A DNA stretch of 61,604 bases, filler included, from Choristocarpus tenellus KU-1152 (taxonomy: Eukaryota > Protista > Phaeophyceae), in the NCBI GenBank assembly GCA_964200185.2. It is 10 parts of 10 records of this genome, joined end to end, with 100 filler letters (N's around TTAATTAATTAA, not from the genome) between each part and the next. Parts side by side here need not be neighbours in the genome. Positions count along the whole stretch, not along the records: positions 36,157 to 41,257 come from CAXNAD020011872.1; positions 41,358 to 48,026 come from CAXNAD020007605.1; positions 48,127 to 61,604 come from CAXNAD020001480.1; 7 more parts are not named here. One strand, given 5' to 3'. Each line of letters begins with the position of its first letter. Position 1 is the stretch's first letter. The position numbers and the translations under genes are program-made. The notes beneath the pieces were generated by a model, which was not told where the DNA came from, ran no database searches, and was given only the letters and a program-made list of their open reading frames with translations. Below are positions 36,946 to 48,199 of this stretch, piece by piece.

Positions 36946-38818
36946 GAGGAGAACAGCGCCAGGGTGGAGCTGGAGCACCAGAGGCAAGAGCAGCGGCTCC
37001 GAGAACGAAATCGACGACAAAAGATCATAGCTGAAGACAGGCGCCGGCGTGAGCTTAAGAAGAAGGTGAAGGGCTTCCACTTTTTGAAGATACTTTACGG
37101 TTGACATAGTCACAAGTCTTCCATGGTATCATGTGAAGAAGGATCCTCTTGTTCCCCAGCTTTGCAACTCATTTCTTGTAGAGTGTTAAGTGATGTTGAC
37201 ATTTTTTCATCTTGTACGTGAACACATAACTGCTGTTTCATTCATGTTATCCAAGAATGTTCGTGATATTACATGTTTACATGTGATTCTGAGTAGCAGG
37301 GTGCCTATAGAAATATGAGACGTGTACTTTTCTGCCACATCACGGCCTGGTACCTACCTGCCTTGTAGTGTACTGTCAGTCCTATTGGAGTGACCATAAA
37401 GTATATTTTGCATTGCTTCCCAATTCCCAATGTCAACCTTATGGTCCATATTCCATGGCAGGCAATGGAGGATGCAGAAGAAGCCCATCAACAAGAAATG
37501 GCCCGAGAGACTCATCGAAAGGAAGTCGCACAAGCCAAGGAAATGGAACGAAAGGATAAGTTGTCCAAGGTAGAGGCAAGGAGCAGGGAGCAGGAACGCC
37601 GCCGAAAAGCTGAGGAATATCGCTTGCAGGCAAGACTAGCAACAAGGAGGATAGCCTAAGGAAGTGAAGTCAGGTATTGGTCACCCTGAGATTAATTTCA
37701 CTTCCCTCTAGAACAGTGCAAACTGAAGATTACCCAAGTGGATGGGAGGGCAAGAGGTTTGAGGGGTGGGTTGTAAAGGTGAGAAGTGGGGGGGCATGTG
37801 CGTATGTGGTGAGGTGTCAAAGTTTGGAAAGGGAGATCTTGAAAAAACTCCTGAGAGAAACGGAGAGGGGGGTGGATTGTTCCAATGGTGTGGACGCAGG
37901 CCTGGGCATCCTGATCCATTAAAATTCTCTGCATTCATGTCCTGATCTCTAGATCTCACCAACTACACCTTTTCATACATTCCACAAGTTCCAACTATTG
38001 TACACTTACACTGCTCTGGAGAAGCTTAAAACCCCATCTAGCACTCATGAACTGTTCATTGCTTGCAATCAACAGTAACTGCTGCCATTTTCATGCTAGT
38101 CCTGATCAAACCACTTGCTCATGGTGATTCGAGTTCTCTCTGCAAAACGCTGTTCATGTGGTTGCCAGACTCAGCGCTTCCTGGACGATCAGCAGCATAG
38201 GATGAGAAAAAAGCAAGAGGAGGCGCAGGAACAAGAAAGGATACGGCAGCAGAAGGCAAGGCTTACTTCACTGTACATTATTTGGAATTGAAGGCAGTGC
38301 AGCAATGGATATCAAGTATGTAGAAATTGTTAGAGTTGTTTGTGAGTATTCAGAAATTGATTTACTGAAATCTTTCTGAATAATGGACATTTTAATTTAC
38401 TTTGAACCATGTGAAAGGTAGATTAAGAGTGCTTTAAAAAAGGAAATGGAGCAAGAAACTGTGCAGTTGTAGCGGAAAACCATTGTACCCAATCAAGTGG
38501 AGAATACACGTGTTGTAAAATAAGAAGGATACAGCTGAAAAGAAAGTCATGGTATTGGGCAGAGAATGAATGACGTGACATCAGTCATTATCAATCACAG
38601 TCAGCCCAGCATGGGAGGGGAATAACGAATGGATTAGTCAGGATACAACAAAAGAGACTTATGGCCTCTATTCATAGAAATAGAACCACTAAACTAGTAC
38701 CTCTTTTTCATGCCCTGATCAGGTAGAGAAGAGACTGAAGGAGGAGAGGAAAGCTGTTCAGGAAAGAAGGGCTTGTGTCCAGAAACGCATTCAAGAGAAC
38801 CTTGACATGGCCACCATG
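36946..38818 (+). CDS. Coiled-coil (E/R/K/Q-rich) protein, internal exons 36946-37065, 37462-37629, 38169-38255, 38723-38818
   Basis: Four phase-0 exons with CAG acceptors, each a multiple of 3, with uniform charged helical composition; two donors are GC. Confidence 0.7.
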
Positions 38819-38941
38819 GTGAGAGGACGGAATAGTATGACTTACCTACACCTCAACACCTAGAATTTCTTATCCTTGTCTTCTCCCATCTGTCTGAATG
38901 ACTGTTCCTGAGGTCCCTGTTTCACCCACCATACTGATTCC

Positions 38942-39649
38942 CAGGGGCCTAAACAGGGCCGGGCAGTAAGTGCCCTCCCCATCCGGGCCTTGGCCATGGG
39001 CCAGTCCATGGCCTAGAAATGTTGAAATGGTTAGTGCTCGTGGAATCAGTCTTGTTCAAACATATTTATACCTGGCGAGCAAGTGGCCTGGCCATGTTTA
39101 AGTTGCTGATGATAATGTTGGAACATTTCAGCATGGCTGACCGGGAAATATACATTTGTCACCCAGATCGACCAAGTCATAGCACGTCATGCAGACCCAC
39201 TCACTGCAAATGTGAATACTTCCAAGTAATATATGCCTGGAGGAAAATGTAAGCTATTACACTCTAGGAAATGCCAGATTCTGAATTTGGTTCGTACTGG
39301 TATTAGTAGGTTACTTCCTAGTTCTATAGTTTTACTTTTTTTGCTGTACTTGATGTAATTCACATCTTTCGATTATGATTGAATAGTCAATTTTTTTGGT
39401 TGATTGATTTTACTCATCCAGACAGTTGAATAGAAAAATGTTGGACCCAGTCCAGCTGGTTGACATGACTGATATATTCCCTAGTGGATATGGTCTGGAC
39501 ATATCAGAGAATGTTTGACCCAGGCCGACTGGCGAATATGGACCAATATAATACCTAGCAGACATGGACCGGGACATATCAGATACTTGTGTAATCAGAC
39601 CAACTCGCACATGAGACCTTTCACATTCCCGGCATGGTGTAGGCCCCTG
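38942..39649. mobile_element. hAT-type non-autonomous element (708 bp)
   Basis: TIRs CAGGGGCCTAAACAGGGCCGGG and CCCGGCATGGTGTAGGCCCCTG; 8-bp flanks CTGATTCC/GTGATTTC (6 of 8 match). Confidence 0.75.
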
Positions 39650-40790
39650 GTGATTTCAGAAGATGTCAAAACATGGGTCATTCTTCTGCGGCTTAGGTAT
39701 GGGGCAGTGGGTATGGGCCAGGGCAGGAAAAGGTGGACAAGGCCTATAGTATCCTAGAGAGTTGGGGGTTAGGTTAGCCCAGATTGTAAATTCAGGGCTT
39801 GATGGGGTGTTGTAAAACACCCCAGTTTGATGCCTGTTTTCGGATGTCTTTCCTTCGAATTTCGTCCAGGAGAGAGGATGGAAAGACAGGTACATCCAGA
39901 TGAAGGAAATTACCCCAACATCTGAAAAGCTCATTCGAATGATACGAAAATAACAGAGTCACAAAGTCCTCGAATGAACACCTGACCTCCCCACTAGAAT
40001 ATTATGGACCCACTCTGGGGGGGGCAGACAAGCAGGAAAAGGATGACTGGTCAGCAAAAAAGATGTCAGAGAAGGTGATAGACTGAGGCAGACGGTGTGA
40101 TAAGAACCTGAGACTAGAAAAGATTACATTTAGGATGTAGATACTTTCAGCATATAAGCTGAAGTGGGCATAGGGTGTGGTAGGCAAGGAACAGGGAATA
40201 CTGTCAAAATAGGGCAAACACAGGAGAGTAAACATATATTTGTAGGTATATATATTTATCATGGTCACGAGAGTGGTGTGTACAAAGACCTGGATGAGAT
40301 TCGTATTATCAAGCAGTGAAAGCAATCCATTTTTCTTATTGGATTATGCCTATTGCTTTTCAAGAAACCTTGACTCTGGTACCTTTTTGGGGATTGGACG
40401 GTGATTTTTTTGGAGGGGCTAGGACTCACAGAGAAGTCGAGATAGGTATGGTAATTTTTCTCTACTTGACTCTGAGACCAATTGAGGATGGTGAGCTGGT
40501 CTCTCTCCTAACTAATGCATTACGTAGCAATCACGAAAGTGAATTCACCCTTGTCTTGATTAGAATTCCTATGCTATGTCCCTGACCCTGTCCAACCCTG
40601 TCTCAACGTTGTCTATACCGTGCCCCTTGCTCCTTCACAATAAAAAGACCGTTACCTTGTGTGCAAAGCAACTAGCACAATTTTTTTTCTATGAGGTTGC
40701 ATCTGCAATAGTGTCCAACATAACTTGCCTCAACTCACCAAATCTGTGCCATGTTTCTCCAACTGACCCATCGTTTTACCCCCCACAAAG

Positions 40791-41257
40791 AATGGATGTC
40801 ATGCAAAGGTCAGATGAGCCAAAGTATCTTAGAGGGTAGAGCCGCGTCCATTTGGGGGCCAAAATCCAATGTTGCGATGTTGGTGTAATTTTGGCTATCG
40901 TGTTTGCTAGGAAGTATCAATATCCATATTCTGGACACACCATTTCATAACGCATATATTCTACCTACTCCGAAATATTTTGGAGTAGGAAAATGTAATT
41001 AAAAAAAACATGGGAAGCCAAGCTCCAAAATGGACAAACAGGGCAAAACTCGCACCCTCTAAGATACTTTCACTCGGATGGCAGATGTGGTGGGTTTCTC
41101 AGTCTTTAACGCGAATGGGAATTTCCGTAGTACACAACTTCTTTGCCTCCTGTCACGGCACGGCAAGTCCTTGTCTGATGGAGTCGGGTCTGTGGTGAAG
41201 TCTGCTGCCAGGAGACTGGAACTACACGGGGTGCGCATGCCAGGAACCTCATCCCTA
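40791..41257 (+). pseudogene. Sola2-like transposase catalytic-core exon, interrupted by a family-A MITE and a 5-bp duplication
   Basis: Reconstructed NGCHAKVRWQMWWVSQSLTRMGISVVHNFFASCHGKSLSDGVGSVVKSAARR matches the Sola2 DG..K / FF.S.HGK...DG.G..VK motif. Confidence 0.75.
40816..41075 (+). mobile_element. Family-A MITE
   Basis: Full TIRs; flanks AGAT/GGAT. Confidence 0.92.
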
Positions 41258-41739
41258 NNNNNNNNNNNNNNNNNNNNNNNNNNNNNNNNNNNNNNNNNNN
41301 NTTAATTAATTAANNNNNNNNNNNNNNNNNNNNNNNNNNNNNNNNNNNNNNNNNNNNACTCTACAGACACCAAGCAATCTCGCCAGGTTTATCACCTTTA
41401 TGTTCTTTGATGATTTTGGGGATACTTTAACAGATGGATCTTGGTAATATTGGGAAATTGGAAGGGAAGGAAACTTTGGTTCTAATGGTGACGGACAAGA
41501 ACAGCAAACCAACCAAAGTGGTTCTGTTGTTCTATGGGTGTTAGGTTTACTATGCTGCATATTGAGTACCGGAAACATACGACACAATGGAGGAGAATTT
41601 ATGGATGGAGGAACAAGAGAAAGTTATCTGAAGGTCTCCAGGAATTCGCACAAGATAAACTTGCAAATCAAACAGGAACCATAATCAAAGGGGAACAAGA
41701 ATCGAGAGCCAGCGGAGCACGAGCCAATCAAAAGCAGAA

Positions 41740-42210
41740 GTTGATATTGAAGGTCTGGAACAACATAGGACCACATGAATCCATCCCATATCAAGCACCT
41801 CGAGAAGCGTGGACTGTTGGAGATCACTGACTCTACTGTGGCGTCGGAACTGCGATGCAAGACATGCAAGGGGTGCAAATTCGAGGCTCTAAGCTATCAA
41901 CGGGGTGGCAGGACCCCCAAGCAGCCTGCCGAGGTTGTCCACACGGATTTGCCGGGACCTTTTTAACCAGACATCACCGCTCACAAATACATTCTGGTAT
42001 TTGTCGATGAGAGCAGTCGGGGACAAGAGGGTTTACGGATTGAAAACCAAAAACACAGCGACAGACGCAACCATTGCCTATCTCAACCAAATGGTCAGGG
42101 AAGGTATACCAGTCCAATGTATTAGTGAGGATGGCGAGCTTGGGAGGTCGGGATAGTTTCAAAGAATGCTGGCGATCAACGGTACCAGATGGAGGAAATC
42201 CTCACCGAGA
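41740..42210 (+). pseudogene. Ty1/copia GAG-pre-integrase and integrase fragment
   Basis: GHMN...CKTCKGCK...EVVHTDLPGPF..KYILVFVDESS..YGLKTK. Confidence 0.85.
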
Positions 42211-42445
42211 GAAATTCCCAATGAGAGAAATCCCCGCCGAGAGCACCACAGATGATGATGCGCGATGATCGGTGGGTATTTCCTTCATCTGGTACCGTTG
42301 TTCGCTAGCATCCTTTGACATCTTACAGACCTCCCAAGCTCGCCATCCCCACTGATACATTGAACTGGTATACCTTCCCTGACCATCTGGTCGAGATAGG
42401 CAGCAGTTGCGTCTGTCGCTGCGTTTTTGGTTTTCAATCCGTAAA
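42032..42445. repeat. Long inverted repeat, 177-bp arms (42032-42208 and 42269-42445), 60-bp spacer
   Basis: Arm 2 is the diverged reverse complement of arm 1 (e.g. GGTCAGGGAAGGTATACCAGT vs ACTGGTATACCTTCCCTGACC). Confidence 0.92.
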
Positions 42446-44498
42446 ACGTATCACAGTTTTGTTGTAAGTTGACTCCATAATAGACCGACTTGTGGTTGGG
42501 TGGTTAGGGCGGTGTTACATTTTTATCTCCCCTGGCTGTCCTGTTTTCTTATTATTTTGATCGTCAAGGGTATATACCGTGGATGGGGATACTTAGGAGA
42601 AGATCAATTGATTTAAATTTCGAGAGGATCATATATATCCCTGTACTGACCCACCATTAGATATGCCCGACAAGTACTTCTCCACAATAGAAACTCTAAC
42701 CCCAAGTGAACACGCTTCGTCTGTTTCCCATGGGATTCCTCTCGAGAAGTCGTAGCAGAATGAGAAAAGGAGAGGAGATCAAATACTTGTGCAGAGTACT
42801 TCAAGATGGAGACCGAAAACGGCCGAACAAGTCAGAGATGTACTTGAGTACAGTGTTTTATAGCGGCGAAAAAAAGCATCACACGGGAAATCGGTGCAGC
42901 ATAGTTGTCAATTGAAGAGGGGAAAGTTATCGTCTAAGCATCAAAACGACAAGAGGCGTGTTACTAGTAGTCCACCTGGATTAGAAGGACAGAGTTGGAC
43001 AAGCACCCTTGATGGGTATGCTTACGAGGGTGTAGGAGCCTTTCATGCCCTATTTTTTCATCGTGTTCCCTCCTCCCCTGGATCCCCAACGTTGTCTGTT
43101 GATATGTTAGGATACGATAGTGACACTCATTGCTATCTGCTACGTTCATTATAGGGTAGGGAGATGTTTTTCTTGCCTCATTTAATTGCCTAACCATAGC
43201 GCCTAAGCGTTTTAATGCGCATGCTTCATGCTGAAGGGTATGTTAGAGGCAATGGTGCTATGTCGCTGTTTGTGACGAGGATCCATTAGGACTTTGCTGA
43301 TCATCAGATCATTTGGGCACATATCTTTGTGCTTACAATTTACATTTGTTTTGCCCCTCGTTCGAATGTCATATTCAGTCTGTTTTTACCCTTGATCAAA
43401 CGATATATAGCAACAATTAAAGTGAGTAAAACGGTGATACAAGCACAATTATCCTCCTTTTTCTGGTTTCATCCTTGAGCATTGGGGCTACTTAATCATC
43501 CCAACTAGGGCGAGATAACTCAGTGCTGGAACAGATACTGGTAGATATGGCTGGGATGGCCGGGATACAGAGCAGAAGATGACCCATCACCAAAGGTCTA
43601 GCAAGAGCTCATGGTTCTACTAGTTATTGCTGCCCCTCTTCTCTCTGTTGTTGATTTGCTGACTCCTTCTATCTGTATGTGATTCTGATTCCATGTTTCT
43701 TCGGTTATTAGTCAATCGTTCGTTGTGTGAAATTGGTGGAAGGGTTGGTATGACGGACCCAGACGTTCGGATTGACCTGATTCGCAGGTCTCACTCCCCA
43801 CTGACTTTTGGAACTAACAAAAAGCCCTCCTTGGATAATTCTTCTGCTTTACGCTCCTTGAAAGTTAGCCTCCCTAGACAGAGAGAGTTTTACATGATGA
43901 TTCACTGATCCTCTTTTGGGCATTAGCTTCATCTTCCCCCAATGTTGGATAGGGTATCCACTATTATACGACTATGATACAGATCTACATATTATATGCT
44001 TGCTACCTTAATTTTTTTAGCTTTGTTTCAAGGTTCCGTTGGTTGTGCTGTGCTAATCAATAGTGTGAGGATAGTCTGAATGTCCTGTCTAGAGTAAAAA
44101 GGCAGGCTGTCTTCAGATAAATTATTCATAGCCGAAACATTGAAGTGGCTTCAATTTGCCATCATGTTACTGCAATCAATAGTCGTTGTTTGAGAAAGAC
44201 CATATAAAAGCTTGTTGCACCTACCAATGCTGCAAGTTAGCCCCCTGTACTTCGACGAGGGGCACTTCTTCCAACTCTCAACATCACATCTCTACAGCCT
44301 CGATTCGCCGCTCCTCTTCCACAAACGCTAGATTACCCTCACTCACATTTTCAGAGCCCATGGTGTGATAATGTCAACTGTTCAAAACAAGATCCCTTCA
44401 GTGTAGAGTCACTCTACACAATTCGTGAGGAAAACAAAATCGGTAACGTCCTGTTTAACCTCTTCGGTAATCACGAGTAAATCCGAAGAGAAATCTTT

Positions 44499-44785
44499 GG
44501 TCCATAGTATCTTACAGGGGGGGTTCAGGCGTCCATTTTGGGGCCTTTGTGACCTTGTAACGACTATCATGACATACGAGCGGACGTTTCGGGTATAAAT
44601 GTAGTTTCTTTCATCTGGACATAGCTTCCTTTTTCATTCCCCTCGCAGACCAAACAATCAAGAAATGACAAAAATCGGAAAAAAAACGTGAAAACGGCAT
44701 CAAACTGGGGTGTTTTTCAACACTCGATCAAGACACGAATGGACATCCTGGGCAAACATTCCCCCCCTCTAAGATACTATGGGTA
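44499..44785. mobile_element. Family-C MITE related to families A and B
   Basis: GGTCCATAGTATCTTACAGGGG...CCCTCTAAGATACTATGGGT with inner GTCCATT/AATGGAC boxes. Confidence 0.8.
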
Positions 44786-45364
44786 TAAGAAGTGAATACA
44801 CACACCTCTCCACAATGTGGATCCGTGTTGTATTGATGTTGGAGGCATACATGTATGGATCAACGACATGCAAATACTATGTTGGAAGGGGTACGTGAAT
44901 GTTGTAAAAAGGGAGGTCGGAGAATGCAATAAAATTTAGGTGGGACTGGTGATGCGTGATAATTGTGAAAGGGATATGATGTAATTTACAGTATTTTTAG
45001 TGTTCTTATTAGAAATAGTAATTAGTCTCCACCACACTATAATCACTGATCATGGAAAGAGGGTGTAGTTTTGTGTGGAAGAAGTGGTGATGTTTTCGTT
45101 ATTTGTGGTATTTGTGGGGGTTCAAACACAGCCCATAGGGGAAACGGACTATAAGTTCTGAAAGAGAAGACAGTCAAGCAAATGACACGATGGATACAGG
45201 AGATTTGTAGTGGTTGAAGTCACAACTATTGTTTTCTAGTACGTTAACGTTATACTACGTTATGTATATGTTACGTGGTTTCCCACCTCATCTGTACCTC
45301 CCTGAAAACTGTTTTGTTTCTTGAAGTAGTACAACCTTGGTGACACGGCGTTGCTGGGAAAGAC

Positions 45365-46161
45365 ATGGGCTGTGCGTCCTCGACACTGTCGAACATATCG
45401 ACGTCAGTTCGAACACTGGTATGTCAGGTTAAGGAATGCTAGTATGCACCCTCTTTCCCCCCTGCTGTAGGAGTTTGAAACATCCTTTGCCTCAATCTCA
45501 ACTGTCAACTGACGGCACGACAACCTATGTTTGCCGTTCCGCGCAGAGCTCGCACTTCACGTCCCCGCAGCTCAGAGAAGATGAGCACGAGATATTAGAC
45601 CTCGCTGTGGTGACGTGTAGCATGAAAGGATGGAGAAAGACGATGGAAGACACATCTGCGGTATGGCATCTTTTTCTTACTTGTACCCGTTTCACGGCTT
45701 GCTCTTTAAAGTTTTCGCAAGGGTGGTACTCTTGCCTGTCGTGTAAACGTCCGAGTTTAGGTGACTTGCGATGTCCTTATTCGATTTGAGAGGCACTCAA
45801 GAGTACCTTGTTGAAAGCAAGGGGCAAGGATGCTGATTTGCCACGATCGGCAGCTGATGTTACTCTATCGTTGAGCCTTCAGAACAGCTTAACTCGCAAG
45901 GCAAACCCTTAGCTCAGGGTCACACTCTCATGCACGCATTGTGTCGGTCCTTGCCAACGGGAGTATCTACTTCAAGCTATCACAATCGTTTCCTGTATCC
46001 CTGCAACGCTTGGACATGATTAGTTGGCGTTGATCACCTTCTCGCCCTTGCAGGTGTGGTGTGGGTTTGGGGGGAGAGAGGACATCCTGGCTGTTGGTGT
46101 GTTTGATGGCCACTCGGGTGCAGAGGCTTCACGCTATGTGGCTCAGGAGTTATGGGGGAAT
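45365..46161 (+). CDS. Protein phosphatase 2C (PPM family), first three exons 45365-45418, 45547-45660, 46054-46161
   Basis: MGCASS acylation motif, SMKGWRKTMED and GVFDGHSG PP2C motifs; phase-0 GT-AG introns. Confidence 0.9.
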
Positions 46162-48199
46162 GTGAGTGTATCTCTAATATGGTGGAGTCTGGGCTGGGTT
46201 GGGAAAGACCAAGCAAAGAATTGCTCGATTTGAAGAGGTTCTTTGCAGTGACCTCATCTGTCGAAACATGGTACCATGGGCACTGTAGAGATTATACTTT
46301 ACTAACTTCACCTATCCTTGTGCTGGGGATGGTGGAGGCCAAGTATTCCTTGCGATAGTAGTAGCCAGAAAGAGGTAAAATAAGAAATCTCAACCTTGGA
46401 ATATGTACGCAGTTTGTTACACCAGCAATGAAACAAACAAGGTCTGCCAATGTTAGTGGTATCCTAACGGAGCTCTCCCCAGTTATCAGAATGTAGACCC
46501 CACCATCTCTAGGAAAGGCTGGATCCTATCATACCCCTTCCAAGATTTTAAGTTATCCATACCCTCCACTTCGAGCAGATGTAGCAACCAAAAACCTCTG
46601 CCCTTCTCTGATGAGATTGTGAGAATGGAGTGAAGATCGCTTTCTACCCTCTCTTCCTCTGTAACAGGTGGCATCGAGCCCAGAATGGGCGGCTGGAAAT
46701 ATTTCGGGGGCACTTAAGCAAGGTTTTCTTTCTGTTGATACTGCAATGCGACGCTTAAGGGTGAGTCATCTTACATCTGCCTTCAGACCCCTAGATATAC
46801 ATCAATCCACCTCTCTTAACTGCTTGAAACCATGAGGTGTTTTTTGAAAGAGTAAAGAAGTTTGTCCTCCACAGATACACCAACATTAGTGCTCCCACCT
46901 TACGGTCCCATTGTGCCGACCAAATTTTGACAAGCCTGACTACCATTAATCCACGTGACTAGGAACCGGGGATGTGAGTTAGTGCTTGACACTTCTCGAA
47001 ATGGGCTGCCTTGCTAGAACCTTTCAATTTGCTCAGAGATTTAGTAGGGTTCCTGAGATACAAAGTGTGCGCAGTTGTTTGTTTTTCGTAGAAATCAAGT
47101 AGTACAATGAAACAAAAGAATCAGTCAACCAAGGTACTATCTGATATCTATGAACGAACCAATCAAACCAAGGTACTACCTGATCTCTATTTGTGCAAAC
47201 TTGTCTTGAAGCACAAGCACTCAGAGAACATTGTCTTCTGCCCCGTCAACTCATCACGTACACAAAACACCCCGCACTTCACTCTCATCAGCTATCTGCT
47301 CGAACTTAGGAAGAAGTGGTACCTACCTCTCTTCAACGACGAGCAGGGAATGGGTTTGACCTCTCCAATGTTGTCATCGAGTGTGTTGATTTCTTTTGTC
47401 ACGAGCCACCCTCCTCCTCGCCTCACCAGTCCCACTTCCAGTAAGTAGTACACACACTCCTCATGTTTTCCAGGAGCCCTGCAACGCTATGGACAGACGA
47501 TTTGGTCCCATTCACCGTGTACAACAGGCTGATGTTCACCACCTCAGCTTTGCCAGTGCTCCTGTTGCGGTCTTGCTACCCTTTCCGCCTTCCTGTCATG
47601 GGCCAGACACTGCTGCCAGCAGAGTTTGTACCAGTCTCTGCGATTGAACCCCCTGGTGAAGAGGTGTTCCTCCCCCGTGGCGGCAGGATTGTGCCTAGCG
47701 TTTGTGAAAAATCCGAAAGTTGAATTGTTTATGAGTAATTTGTTAAACTGGATAGGATGAGATTTTTTTCTCCTTCTTTTGATGCGCTTGATCGTATCTG
47801 AAGCGGGCGCGCGAGTGAGCAAACGGGTTGAGTGAGACGCATGAGTTTCCGATCTCTGCGAGCAGAGCAGAACAGAGCAGAGCACGCACTGTGTGCACTC
47901 TAGCGAAACAGAAAGCCTTCCGAAAGTTACCCCTCACTTTTTTTTTTTTTGGTTCTGATTAACCCTGCTTTATAATCGAACCGTAGCGTGTTTCACAACA
48001 CGGGGGTTGTGTATTGGGGGGAGGGGNNNNNNNNNNNNNNNNNNNNNNNNNNNNNNNNNNNNNNNNNNNNTTAATTAATTAANNNNNNNNNNNNNNNNNN
48101 NNNNNNNNNNNNNNNNNNNNNNNNNNGGGGACAGGGGGGGGCAGCAGAAATAAAGTCCTACCCATCCATACCATACCCTGGCTACCCAACTCACCACTC

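Noticed and set aside
41010-41075. Recurring short ORFs such as MGSQAPKWTNRA and YPLRYFGS
   Set aside because: They are translations of the non-coding MITE, not a peptide gene family.
5320-48126. Regularly recurring TTAATTAATTAA palindrome
   Set aside because: It is always centred in an exact 100-bp N spacer, so it is an artificial six-frame-stop linker. It also means neighbouring contigs cannot be read as a gene cluster.
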